Shown: positions 11,810 to 24,310 of the stretch, piece by piece
Numbering within the stretch: position 1 is the stretch's first letter
How the letters are laid out: every line of letters begins with the position of its first letter
Source: Solimonas sp.
GTDB lineage: Bacteria > Pseudomonadota > Gammaproteobacteria > Nevskiales > Nevskiaceae
Direction of reading: 5' to 3'
Assembly: GCA_035476855.1 (NCBI GenBank)
Contig: DATILC010000168.1
Location: 4,644-68,643 of the forward strand
DNA: 64,000 nucleotides
Notes under the pieces: model-generated
What the model saw: the letters and a program-made list of their open reading frames with translations, nothing else
Told to the model about the DNA's origin: nothing
Database searches by the model: none
Position numbers and translations under genes: made by a program

Positions 11810-13594
11810 TTAGAAGTTCTCGACGTCCATTTCCATCAGCGTGGCCGCACCGGCACGCGCCTGCTTGATCAGCGAGGAGCTCTCCGGGTAGAGCTTGGCG
11901 AAGTAGAAGCGCGCGGTGGTCAGCTTGGTCTTGTAGAAGGCGTCCTGGTCCTGCTTCTTGATGGCGACGCCGGCGGCGAAGCACCAGGCGAACGAGAACA
12001 CCAGGTGGCCGATGACGCGCAGGTAAGGCACGGCAGCGGCACCGACCTCGTCCGGGTTCTTCATCGCCTTCTGGCCGATCTCCATCGTCAGCTTCTGCAC
12101 TTCAGCCAGCAGCGCGGCCAGCGGATCGCAGAATTCCTTCATCGCCGGATTCTCGGCGTGGAACTTGATCAGGTCCTGGATCACCTTGCCGAACTTCATC
12201 AGCTTGGCGCCACCGTCGGCCAGCACCTTGCGGCCCAGCAGGTCCAGCGCCTGGATGGTGTTGGTGCCTTCGTAGATCATGTTGATGCGCGCATCGCGCA
12301 CATGCTGTTCCAGGCCCCACTCGGCGATGTAGCCGTGGCCGCCCAGCACCTGCATCGCCAGCGTGGTCGAGTCATAACCGTTGTCGGTGATGAAGCCCTT
12401 GATCACCGGGGTGAGCAGGGCAACCATGTCGGCGTTCTCCTTGCGGATCTTCTCGTCAGGGTGCTTGTGCTCCATGTCGATCGCCAGGCCTGCCCAGTAG
12501 CTGAACGCGCGCGCGGCTTCGACGTAGGCCTTCTGCGTCAGCAGCATGCGGCGCACGTCGGGGTGCACGATGATCGGATCGGCCGGCTTGTCCTTGGCCT
12601 TGGGGCCGGTCAGCGAGCGGCTCTGCACGCGATCCTTCGCGTAGGCCAGCGAGTTCTGGTAGGCCACTTCGGCCAGGCCGACGGACTGCATGCCGACGCC
12701 CAGGCGCGCGCTGTTCATCATCACGAACATGGCGTTGAGGCCCTTGTTGGCCTCGCCCACCAGCGTGCCGATGGCGCCGTCGAAATTCATCACGCAGGTG
12801 GCGTTGCCGTGGATGCCCATCTTGTGTTCGATCGAGCCGCACTTCACCGCATTGCGCTTGCCCGGCTTGCCGTCGGCGTCCGGAATGAACTTCGGCACGA
12901 TGAACAGCGAGATGCCCTTGGTACCCTGCGGCGCATCCGGCAGGCGCGCCAGCACCAGGTGGATGATGTTCTGCGACATGTCGTGCTCGCCGGCCGAGAT
13001 GAAGATCTTGGTGCCGGAGACCGCGTAGGTGCCGTCGCCGACGGGCTCGGCCTTGGACTTGAGGATGCCGAGGTCGGTGCCGGCGTGGGATTCGGTCAGG
13101 CACATCGTGCCAGTCCATTCGCCCGAGACCAGCTTCGGCAGGTACAGCTGCTTCTGCTCCGGCGTGCCGAAGGCATGCAGCGCGTTGTAGGCGCCATGCG
13201 ACAGGCCCGGGTACATGGTCCAGGCCTGGTTGGCGGAGTTCATCATCTCCATGAAGGCGCTGTGGATGACGTGCGGCAGGCCTTGGCCGCCGAAGTCCGG
13301 ATCCATGCCCAGCGCACCCCAGCCAGCCTCGACGAACTGCGCGTAGGCCTCCTTGAAGCCGGTCGGCGTCTTCACCACGCCGTCGCCCAGGTACTTGCAG
13401 CCCTCGCGGTCGCCGATCTGGTTCAGCGGGTACAGCACCTCGGCGCAGAATTTGCCGCCTTCCTCGAGGATGGTGTTGATCGTCTCGGCGTCGATGTCGG
13501 CGTGCGCCGGAAGCTTCTTCAGCGCGCTCGAGACATTGAGCATCTCGTGCAGCACGAACTGCATGTCACGCAGCGGCGGAGTGTACTGACCCAT
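11810..13594 (-). CDS. Acyl-CoA dehydrogenase (long, ~590 aa type)
   Basis: GTMCLTESHAGTDLG, GTKIFISAGEHD, IEHKMGIHGNATC, QVLGGHGY, IYEGTNTIQ. Confidence 0.95.
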   Translation of the reverse strand: MGQYTPPLRDMQFVLHEMLNVSSALKKLPAHADIDAETINTILEEGGKFCAEVLYPLNQIGDREGCKYLGDGVVKTPTGFKEAYAQFVEAGWGALGMDPDFGGQGLPHVIHSAFMEMMNSANQAWTMYPGLSHGAYNALHAFGTPEQKQLYLPKLVSGEWTGTMCLTESHAGTDLGILKSKAEPVGDGTYAVSGTKIFISAGEHDMSQNIIHLVLARLPDAPQGTKGISLFIVPKFIPDADGKPGKRNAVKCGSIEHKMGIHGNATCVMNFDGAIGTLVGEANKGLNAMFVMMNSARLGVGMQSVGLAEVAYQNSLAYAKDRVQSRSLTGPKAKDKPADPIIVHPDVRRMLLTQKAYVEAARAFSYWAGLAIDMEHKHPDEKIRKENADMVALLTPVIKGFITDNGYDSTTLAMQVLGGHGYIAEWGLEQHVRDARINMIYEGTNTIQALDLLGRKVLADGGAKLMKFGKVIQDLIKFHAENPAMKEFCDPLAALLAEVQKLTMEIGQKAMKNPDEVGAAAVPYLRVIGHLVFSFAWCFAAGVAIKKQDQDAFYKTKLTTARFYFAKLYPESSSLIKQARAGAATLMEMDVENF

Positions 13595-13750
13595 GGCGGT
13601 CTCCTGATGAGGGGAAAGGAAAGGAAAAATCAGTTGCCCATACTGTACCGTATGTATATCGGCAATCCTATTGCCTGGTCAGAATTTTCCTCCTCCAGAA
13701 AGACGAATGCCCGCTTTCGCGGGCATTCGTCAACTGGCCGGAGTGACAGC

Positions 13751-15730
13751 TCAGTAGCGCGGCTTCTTGTGCGGCCCCTTGTGCTCGGGACGGGCGCGAT
13801 GCACCGGACGATCACCCGCGGGGTTGCCGGCGCCCGCGGACTTGATGCCCAGCGTCGGCCGCGGAGCCGGACGGGTCGGCTTCTTCGCGGTGTACGGCAG
13901 CTCAACCGGCGCGTCACCGGGACGGCTGATGCGCAGCTGCTGGCCGCAGACCCAGGTCTTCTGCAGGTCGCGGAACACGTCCTTCGGCATGCCCTGCGGC
14001 AGGTCGACGAAGCTGTGGTCCTCGCGGATGTCGATGCGGCCGATGAACTCGCTCTCCAGCCCGGCCTCGTTGGCGATCGCGCCGACGATGTTGCCCGGCT
14101 GCACGCCGTGCACATGGCCGACCTCGATGCGGTAGGTCTCGGAAGGCTCGTCGTTGTTCTTCTCGCGCTGCGGACGCTCGGGACGTTCCGGACGCTCGAC
14201 GCGCTCGACGCGTTCAGCACGCTCCGGACGTTCCGGGCGCTCAGCACGCACGGGGCGCGCCGACGGTTCCGGGCGCTCGACGCGCGCGGGCCGCTCAGAA
14301 CGCTCGGGCCGTTCGCTGCGCTCGAAACGTGCCGGCCGCGATTCCTGGTGCATCTCGCGACGTTCGGCATGGCGCGTCACCGCAGTCGGCGCCGGCAGGG
14401 ACGCCGTCGGATTCAGCAGCAGCGGTGCATCACCCTGCACCACCCGCGCCAGCGCCGCGGCGATTTCCAGTGCCGGCACGTTCTGCTCGCGCTCCACCGC
14501 CTCGATCAGTTCGCGGAACACGTCCAGGTCGGTGGCGGACAGCGAGTCGACGATGCGCTGCTTGAAGCGCGCGATGCGCGTGTCGTTGACTGCCTGCGGG
14601 CTCGGCAGGTCCATGCGCTGAATGGTCTGGCGCGTGGCGCGCTCAATCGCCTGCAGCAGGTGACGCTCGCGCGGCGTGACGAACAGGATCGCATCGCCGC
14701 TGCGGCCGGCACGGCCGGTGCGGCCGATGCGGTGCACGTAGGACTCGGTATCGGTCGGGATGTCGTAGTTGACGACGTGGCTGACGCGCTCGACGTCGAG
14801 GCCGCGTGCGGCGACGTCGGTGGCGACGACGATGTCGACCGAGCCGTCCTTGAGCTTCTGCACGATGCGCTCGCGGTCACGCTGGGCGATGTCGCCGTTC
14901 AGCGCCATCGCGGAGAAGCCCCGTGCTGCCAGCTTGTCGGCCAGCTCGACGGTCTCGTTCTTGGTGCGCGCGAACACCAGCATGCCCTCGAAGCTCTCGA
15001 CCTCGAGGATGCGGGTCAGCGCGTCAAGCTTGTGCATGCCGCTGACCATCCAGTAACGCTGGCGGATGTTGGTCGCGGTGGTGGTCTTGGCCTTGATCGT
15101 GATCTCGGCCGGGGATTTCAGGTAGGTCTGCGCGATGCGGCGGATCTGCGGCGGCATCGTCGCCGAGAACAGCGCGACCTGGCGCGTCTCCGGGGTCTGC
15201 TGCAGGATCTTCTCGACGTCCTCGATGAAGCCCATGCGCAGCATCTCGTCGGCCTCGTCCAGCACCAGATAGCGCAGGGAGTCGAGCTTGAGCGTCGCCT
15301 TGTCGATGTGGTCGATCACGCGACCCGGCGTGCCGACGATCACCTGCGCACCGCGGCGCAGGCCGGCCAGCTGCGGGCCATAGCTCTGGCCGCCGTAGAT
15401 CGGCAGCACATGGAAGCCAGGGATATGCGCGGCGTACTTCTGGAACGCTTCGGCGACCTGGATTGCCAGTTCGCGCGTCGGCGCCAGCACCAGCACCTGC
15501 GGCTTCTTCAGGCTGGTGTCGATGCGCGACAGCGCCGGCAGCGCGAAGGCGGCGGTCTTGCCGGTACCGGTCTGGGCCTGGCCCAGCAGGTCACGGCCTT
15601 CGAGCAGCTGCGGGATGGTCTGCGCCTGGATCGGCGAGGGATTTTCGTAGCCCACATCGGCCAGGGCCTTGAGGACAGGCTCGGAAAGGCCGAGATCGGA
15701 AAAACGGACGGAAGATGACTCGTCGGACAT
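13751..15730 (-). CDS. deaD: DEAD-box RNA helicase DeaD/CsdA
   Basis: Q motif, AQTGTGKT, DEAD, SAT, HRIGRTGRAG, C-terminal DbpA RNA-binding domain; start moved to MSDESS. Confidence 0.93.
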   Translation of the reverse strand: MSDESSSVRFSDLGLSEPVLKALADVGYENPSPIQAQTIPQLLEGRDLLGQAQTGTGKTAAFALPALSRIDTSLKKPQVLVLAPTRELAIQVAEAFQKYAAHIPGFHVLPIYGGQSYGPQLAGLRRGAQVIVGTPGRVIDHIDKATLKLDSLRYLVLDEADEMLRMGFIEDVEKILQQTPETRQVALFSATMPPQIRRIAQTYLKSPAEITIKAKTTTATNIRQRYWMVSGMHKLDALTRILEVESFEGMLVFARTKNETVELADKLAARGFSAMALNGDIAQRDRERIVQKLKDGSVDIVVATDVAARGLDVERVSHVVNYDIPTDTESYVHRIGRTGRAGRSGDAILFVTPRERHLLQAIERATRQTIQRMDLPSPQAVNDTRIARFKQRIVDSLSATDLDVFRELIEAVEREQNVPALEIAAALARVVQGDAPLLLNPTASLPAPTAVTRHAERREMHQESRPARFERSERPERSERPARVERPEPSARPVRAERPERPERAERVERVERPERPERPQREKNNDEPSETYRIEVGHVHGVQPGNIVGAIANEAGLESEFIGRIDIREDHSFVDLPQGMPKDVFRDLQKTWVCGQQLRISRPGDAPVELPYTAKKPTRPAPRPTLGIKSAGAGNPAGDRPVHRARPEHKGPHKKPRY

Positions 15731-16166
15731 GGTTACCCCTAGTGCGTCAGAAAATGGCTCTGAACGGCGACCGACCGCAGCGCAGAGTGCGCTGACGGCA
15801 TGCAGGCCGGCGGCGCGGAAAAGTCTCGGCCTCAAGGGCGGATGGCTTTTCCTCTGGAAGGCGATCTATGCGCCTTCTACAAGCCGGGGTCCCAAGGGCT
15901 GCTCAACATTGACCGCAGCCAGAACAACGGCTGCGGGGCGCGCATCATACAGGAAACAATTGGCAAATGTTGCACAGCAGCAAAACCCGAGGCCAGTGGC
16001 ACCGGCAGAAGCCGGAACGCTGCCCGGGGAATCGACACCCTTGGTCTGAAGCAACGATCAGGATGCGGTCTGTTCGATCCGGCTTGCTGACCCCAGTCCC
16101 TTTCGGGTCGCTTCATGCCGGGCGGCGCCCTGAATCGCTGCTTGCCGGCATTCGCGCGCGACCAAC

Positions 16167-16194
16167 AAAAAAAACCCAGCCGAAGGCTGGGTTT
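16167..16194 (-). terminator. Terminator downstream of tRNA-Asn
   Basis: Minus strand AAACCCAGCC-TTCG-GCTGGGTTTTTTTT. Confidence 0.85.
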
Positions 16195-16221
16195 CGTGTG
16201 CAGATCAACTGCTTTTCTAAA

Positions 16222-16297
<76 letters not shown>

Positions 16298-16311
16298 ATG
16301 ACAGGGGGCGC

Positions 16312-16340
16312 ATTGTAGTGAGGCAGGATCGCGCTTGCAA
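16312..16340 (-). promoter_or_regulatory. Sigma70 promoter of tRNA-Asn
   Basis: TTGCAA-17 nt-TACAAT on the minus strand, 14 nt before the tRNA. Confidence 0.8.
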
Positions 16341-16361
16341 TCCCGCCTCGCGTTCAACAAT

Positions 16362-17549
16362 TCAAGCGGCGTTTACCAGCGCCTTCATGCGCTCGACGCT
16401 GCCCTTCAGCACCTTGTCGGAGGTGGCAAAAGACAGGCGCAGGTGGCCCGGCGCGCCAAAGGCGGAACCCGGCACGACCGCGACCAGCGCCTTCTCCAGC
16501 ATCAGGTTCGACAGCTCCAGGTCGGTCTTGCAACCGAGCTTGGCCATCATGCCCTCGACGTTGGGGAACGCGTAGAACGTGCCGTCGCCGGCCAGGCAGT
16601 GCACGCCCGGCACCGTGTTGAGGTCGGCCACCAGCGCGTCGTGACGCGACTTGAAGGCCTTGACCATCTCGGTGACGCAGGTCTGGTCGCCGCTCAGCGC
16701 GACCTCGGCCGCCACCTGGGCGATCGAGTTCGGGTTGGAGGTCGACTGGCTCTGGATATCGGCCATCGCGGTGATCAGCTTGGCCGGGCCGCAGGCCCAG
16801 CCGATGCGCCAGCCGGTCATCGAATAGGTCTTCGACACGGCGTGGATGACCACGGTGCGGTCATACAGGTCCGGGCAGACGTTGATGATGTTGGCGTAGG
16901 GCTCGGCGGTCCACAGGATCTTCTCGTACATATCGTCCGTGGCGATGACGATCTGCGGGTGCTTGCGCAGCACCGCGCCCAGCGCGGCCAGCTCGGCGTG
17001 GCTGTAGGCCATGCCCGAGGGGTTGGACGGCGAGTTCAGCCAGATCATCTTGGTGCGCGGCGAGATCGCCCGCTCCAGCTGCTCGGGCGTGATCTTGAAG
17101 CGCGCCTCGGCGGTGGTCTCGATGAACACCGGGGTGGCGTCGGCCAGCAGCACCATGTCCGGGTAGGACACCCAGTACGGCGCCGGCACGATGACCTCGT
17201 CCGTGGCGTTCAGCAGCGCCTGGCACAGGTTGTAGCAGGACTGCTTGCCGCCGTTGGACACCAGGATCTGGTTCGGCTTGTACTCCAGCGCGTTGTCGCG
17301 CTGCATCTTGTCGATGATCGCCTTCTTCAGGCTCGGGGTGCCGCCGACCGGGGTGTACTTGGTGAAACCGCGGTTCAGCGCCTCGACCGCCGCGTCCTTG
17401 ATGTGCTGCGGGGTATCGAAGTCCGGCTCACCGGCTCCGAGCGAGAGTACATCCTTGCCCTGCGCCTTCAGCTCGGCGGCCTTGGCAGTGACGGCCAGGG
17501 TCGGCGAAGGCTTGATGCGGCTGTTGCGAAGGGCGAGCGAGATTTCCAC
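16362..17549 (-). CDS. PLP-dependent aminotransferase class I/II (aspartate aminotransferase-like)
   Basis: GAGEPDFDTP, NSPSNPSG, DDMY, SKTYSMTGWRIG (PLP Lys); GTG start. Confidence 0.93.
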   Translation of the reverse strand: MEISLALRNSRIKPSPTLAVTAKAAELKAQGKDVLSLGAGEPDFDTPQHIKDAAVEALNRGFTKYTPVGGTPSLKKAIIDKMQRDNALEYKPNQILVSNGGKQSCYNLCQALLNATDEVIVPAPYWVSYPDMVLLADATPVFIETTAEARFKITPEQLERAISPRTKMIWLNSPSNPSGMAYSHAELAALGAVLRKHPQIVIATDDMYEKILWTAEPYANIINVCPDLYDRTVVIHAVSKTYSMTGWRIGWACGPAKLITAMADIQSQSTSNPNSIAQVAAEVALSGDQTCVTEMVKAFKSRHDALVADLNTVPGVHCLAGDGTFYAFPNVEGMMAKLGCKTDLELSNLMLEKALVAVVPGSAFGAPGHLRLSFATSDKVLKGSVERMKALVNAA

Positions 17550-17665
17550 GGTGAGTCCTCTGTGGGGCTAAAAAAAAGCGCGCGGCATGATACCGGACCC
17601 CGCCGGCCCCGCCTACTGCACCCGGAGGAAGGGTTGAACCCCGGGTCCCCGCCCCAAGTTATGCT

Positions 17666-19731
<2,066 letters not shown>

Positions 19732-19735
<4 letters not shown>

Positions 19736-20145
19736 ACGCCCCCTCCCTGCCCGAGCGCGTGATCGTGTTCGACGGCGCCTGCAACTTCTGCAACAGCTGG
19801 ACCCGCTTCATCATCCGGCGCGACCCGCAGGCCCGCTTCCGCTTCGCCGCGATGCAAAGCACCGCCGGCAGCCTGCTGATGACCCGCAACGGCATCGATC
19901 CACAGAACCCCGCCACCTTCCTGTATGTCGAGAACGGTCGCGGCTATACCGACACCGACGCGATCTTTCGCGTCATCGCCCAGCTCACCGGTCCCTGGCC
20001 GTTGCTGCGAGTCCTGCGCGTGGTCCCACCCTTCATCCGTGATCCTCTGTACCGGTTCCTGGCGCGCAACCGCTACCGCTGGTTCGGCCGCCACGGGACC
20101 TGCCAGGTACCCGAGGCCTCGATCGCGGAACGGTTTATTCGCTGA
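19732..20145 (+). CDS. DCC1-like thiol-disulfide oxidoreductase (DUF393)
   Basis: VFDGACNFC (DxxCxxC), [13 protein letters not shown] overlap with the uvrB stop. Confidence 0.88.
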
Positions 20146-20150
20146 ACCTG

Positions 20151-20179
20151 TTGCCTCCGGCCCGCAAACAGGGTATCTT
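20151..20179 (+). promoter_or_regulatory. Probable sigma70 promoter of tRNA-Val
   Basis: TTGCCT-17 nt-TATCTT. Confidence 0.6.
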
Positions 20180-20201
20180 TCGCGCCCTTCAACGTACCCG
20201 T

Positions 20202-20278
20202 AGGCGCGTAGCTCAGCTGGTTAGAGCACTACCTTGACATGGTAGGGGTCGTTGGTTCGAGTCCAATCGCGCCTACCA
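20202..20278 (+). tRNA. tRNA-Val (GAC)
   Basis: 77 nt; acceptor AGGCGCG/CGCGCCT, anticodon arm CTACC-TTGACAT-GGTAG, GGTTCGAGTCC, encoded CCA. Confidence 0.97.
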
Positions 20279-20292
20279 ATATGCTGTACAGG

Positions 20293-20319
20293 AACCCCCG
20301 ACCCGTTCGGGGGTTTTCT
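20293..20319 (+). terminator. Terminator after tRNA-Val
   Basis: AACCCCCGA...TCGGGGGTT followed by TTCT. Confidence 0.65.
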
Positions 20320-20343
20320 CGTTCTGGGGTCTGGGTTTCGGTA

Positions 20344-20388
20344 CGCCATCCATGGCGCGACCGCGGTCAATCAATCTACCCCCTGCCC
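20344..20388. repeat. Truncated third copy of the structured repeat (5' part)
   Basis: CGCCATCCATGGCG-N16-ATCTACCCCCTGCCC has the same spacing as 404-448 (14/14 and 14/15 matches). Confidence 0.65.
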
Positions 20389-20421
20389 GAGATTCACCAG
20401 CGGTGGCCCGGGCCGCTCCGG

Positions 20422-21171
<750 letters not shown>

Positions 21172-21286
21172 GGGGCGGCACCTTAGCAGCGACCCCGTGC
21201 AGGAGGGAATGGCGAAACGCCATGCATGGGGGGAAAGCGCCTCAAACCCACCCGAAAAGGGGGTCCAGAAGTTTCTGCTCCCGGCA

Positions 21287-21453
21287 AATTCTGTTGAAAA
21301 ACTCCGCAGCTGCCCGCGCGAGTAGCGGAATCTGGGAAAAGTGCTCGCGACAGTTCTTTCAATGCCTGCTCGACCTGCTTTTTCCCCTTTGAAGCGACCT
21401 ACGCGGGCGATTTTTCCATTGCACGATCGGCACTGGAGTTTTTCAACAGAATT
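21287..21453. mobile_element. 167-bp MITE-like element with 19-bp perfect terminal inverted repeats
   Basis: AATTCTGTTGAAAAACTCC (21287-21305) / GGAGTTTTTCAACAGAATT (21435-21453); no transposase inside. Confidence 0.7.
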
Positions 21454-21763
21454 GGCACATGGCAGCCGTTGGATAAGTGAAGCGATGGGACTCACCTTCT
21501 CCGCCGGCACGGCGACAACCCGGTCCGTCGGGGAGCGAACGGCGTGATGTCGGGATTCGCAGGCTCGCCTAAGCCGCCTACTTTTGGCCCCCCATTGCCG
21601 GAAGCAGTCGGTCGCCAAGACCCGCGAATGCCTCTGATCGACCCGTTGCTGTCGATCGTTATCGCCGCCATCTGGGTTCAGAACCCGGTCAGGCACCCCG
21701 ATTCTGCACGCCATGATGTGGCTACATTCCCGGCGATGCCACACCGGATATCGGTCACCCGGG

Positions 21764-24094
21764 CTATGGACGCCGGGAGTTGCTCCGGTCACGACAGCCC
21801 CGGAATCTCTGCAGCAGTGGCTCGTATGCCGCGTCCTCTACGGGACCGACGCTGACCCACTCGATCGCCATGGCATCCAGATTCATCTCATCAGCCCTGA
21901 CGCCCCGCCCCATGCTCTGCACCAGGCGTTGCAACTGATACTCGCGACGCAAGGCTTGATCCTCCGGCGGCGTCGGCATGTCCGTCAGCATTTCCGCCCG
22001 GATGCAGAGCATCCTCAGAGTCGCCTCATTCGCCGCGAGATCTTCGGAGCGCTCACCGGCGAGCCCCTGCTTGAGGGTGTCGAGCCCGCTCCTGGGCCAT
22101 CGCTGGACGGAGGCCATGCAGGTGTCGGCAGCCTCCTTCAGGGTGTCAAGCAGCGAAGTGTCCAGACCTCGTGAGGCGGCGAGCCGATAGGCGCGCACAT
22201 GGTTGGCGGCCTCGAACAGATCGCTCCAGCCACGCTCGGCATCGCGCGCATGTTGGCGCGCAACCGACTTCCTGTAGCGATCCAGGCCCTGGTCAAGCCT
22301 GTTGCGAAGTTCGCGCGACTCCGCACGCGGAAACTCGCCGAGCGCCTCGAAAGCACTGCGCAATTCCGCCAACGCTCCGGCGCTCGCCAGCAGCTCAGCC
22401 CCCTCGAGCGCGGCGATCGTCTCGATCTGCTCGCACAAGGCAATGGCCTGCGTCTTGTTGTTCTCGAGCCCGGCCGTGTAGGCGGCAGACTCCTGCTCGC
22501 GCTTCTGGAACACGGCATCGCAGTGCTGGCGGAATTGCCCCCAGAGGCGCTGATCCACCTCACGCGGCACCGGGCCCACGGTCTTCCACTTCTGCTGGAG
22601 CTCCTTGGCCGCGTCGATAGCCTTGCGACCATCGTCGCTCGCGAGCAACTGTCCAGCACGCTCGATCAGCGACTCCTTCTGCTGCACGTTGCGGGCGTAC
22701 TCGGCATCCAGCCGGCCCTGCAGGCTCTCGGTGAGAGCCGAGAACGCCTTCTGCTGCTGCTTGCCGGCGCGATGATCCACGGGCAGGCAGTTGCGCCACT
22801 CCTGTTTCGTCTCGCGCAGCGCCTTGATGACGGCCTGCCAGTCAGGCTGCTCCCAGTTCTGTGCCGCCTCAAATGCAGTCAACCCGGCGAGCAAGGCATC
22901 GCGACGCTGCAGATTCTCCTGATGGACGAGGGCCTGGGCCGCAAAGTACTCGCTGCACGGCTGATACGCCTTCTTTCCTGCTTCCTGGAAGCGTTGCCCA
23001 TCGGCTTCGGCATTCTCGCCAGCGTCCTTGCCCAGGCTGCGCCATTCCTCCTGCAGGCTCTTGATCCTGTCGGCGAGCGCCACGGGATCGAGCGCCACGC
23101 CGATCAGCGACTCCATTTCCTCCATCAGCTCGGCGCGCTTCGGCGCCACCGAGAAAGTCTTCCAGTCGTTCAGCTCGTCGAGCTGCTTGTCGAGCTGTTG
23201 TATCTGGCTGATCAGGTTGGCCGGCAGCGGCGGAGCTCCCGCCAGTTTTTCCTCGATGGCCCGTCGCACCCCGGCCGCGCGGGAGCTGCTGCCGTCCTTC
23301 AGTGCAGCACGTGCCTTCCGGATCAACTCGTCGATCTGGCGCACGGCCTGCTGCTCAGCCTGCCGTTCTTCAGCCGACGCTCGGTTCTGCTCCTCACGCA
23401 CCGCCGCTTGCTCAGCTGCAGCCGCGGCGGATGCCTGCGCCTGCTGTTCGCGCAGGCGCCGCGCCTCCGCGGCTGCGTCGGCGGCAGCCTGCTCACGTGC
23501 TGCCTGGGCCGCCACCTCGCGCAAGTGCTCGGCAACGATCTCCCGTGAGCGGTCGATCCATTGCTGGACCCTGCTGCAAAGCTCTGGATCCGCCTGCGCC
23601 GCCACTGCTTTCCACTCACCCTCGAACTGATCCAGTCTCGGACTGTAGGTGGCGTCGTACGAGCGTTGGCTGTGGCGCTCGAGGGCTGCCGAGGCCGCAA
23701 CGATCTCGGCGCGCAGCTGCTCGAGCTTGCGGGTCTGCTCCAGCAGGACGTCGCGCTTGGCCGTCAGGATCTTGTAGACACTCTTGTCATTGCCACCGCG
23801 GACATCGCGGATCAGCTGCCGCAGCACGTCCGGATCTTCGATCGCGGCGGCGGCCGCCTGGCGAACCTTGGTCGATGCCCCCCCAACGACCAGCCGGGCC
23901 ACCGCCTGGACGTCCCCGGCATTCATGGCCGACTGCAAGGCTTCCTCCTCGGCAGCAGCAGCCAGCGCGCGATCAGCGGCGCCCGGCTTGGGAAGAGCCT
24001 TCTCGGTCTTTTTGGACGGCACCGGTTGAGGCACTGACGCCGGAGACGGCGAAAGCGATGGCAGTTTGCGAAACAGGCGCGAGAATAACGACAT
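21764..24094 (-). CDS. DUF349-like repeat coiled-coil protein (~776 aa)
   Basis: Repeated helical units (LQEEWRSLG, KQEWRNC, LQQKWKTVGPVPREVDQRLWGQFRQHCDAVF); start taken at MSLFSRLF. Confidence 0.7.
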   Translation of the reverse strand: MSLFSRLFRKLPSLSPSPASVPQPVPSKKTEKALPKPGAADRALAAAAEEEALQSAMNAGDVQAVARLVVGGASTKVRQAAAAAIEDPDVLRQLIRDVRGGNDKSVYKILTAKRDVLLEQTRKLEQLRAEIVAASAALERHSQRSYDATYSPRLDQFEGEWKAVAAQADPELCSRVQQWIDRSREIVAEHLREVAAQAAREQAAADAAAEARRLREQQAQASAAAAAEQAAVREEQNRASAEERQAEQQAVRQIDELIRKARAALKDGSSSRAAGVRRAIEEKLAGAPPLPANLISQIQQLDKQLDELNDWKTFSVAPKRAELMEEMESLIGVALDPVALADRIKSLQEEWRSLGKDAGENAEADGQRFQEAGKKAYQPCSEYFAAQALVHQENLQRRDALLAGLTAFEAAQNWEQPDWQAVIKALRETKQEWRNCLPVDHRAGKQQQKAFSALTESLQGRLDAEYARNVQQKESLIERAGQLLASDDGRKAIDAAKELQQKWKTVGPVPREVDQRLWGQFRQHCDAVFQKREQESAAYTAGLENNKTQAIALCEQIETIAALEGAELLASAGALAELRSAFEALGEFPRAESRELRNRLDQGLDRYRKSVARQHARDAERGWSDLFEAANHVRAYRLAASRGLDTSLLDTLKEAADTCMASVQRWPRSGLDTLKQGLAGERSEDLAANEATLRMLCIRAEMLTDMPTPPEDQALRREYQLQRLVQSMGRGVRADEMNLDAMAIEWVSVGPVEDAAYEPLLQRFRGCRDRSNSRRP

Positions 24095-24310
24095 TGTTGA
24101 CCTGCACAGCACATGGGACGGCCGCACAGTCTACCTGCGCTGGAAGGCCCGTAGCATCTGCTTTTGCCTGCGCTTTGACGTCACCCGGATTTGAGGGCAC
24201 CAGTCGCCACAGGCCGGTTGGTGCCAGTAGCCTACGTTCTCGTTCGTTAATTCGCGGGATCACCCCCCCTCTTGTAAGCTTCCTACACTTGGGTAAGCGA
24301 TGGTGAAGCC

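Noticed and set aside
14150-14345. Short tandem repeats (RPERPERAER)
   Set aside because: Low-complexity linker within DeaD, common in this family; not a CRISPR or mobile repeat
11684-15718. 1344-aa plus-strand ORF, and similar long ORFs at 2626-5049, 17468-19648, 53360-55786 and 26761-28491
   Set aside because: Antisense shadows of well-supported genes in high-GC DNA; no family motifs
17550-17665. LexA box upstream of uvrB
   Set aside because: No CTGT-N8-ACAG match found
21628-21680. MPLIDPLLSIVIAAIW, resembling a cation-diffusion-facilitator helix
   Set aside because: Too short to support a pseudogene call without a search
21172-21792. 207-codon N-terminal extension of the SLT ORF
   Set aside because: Runs through a MITE and intergenic-like DNA; composition is not protein-like
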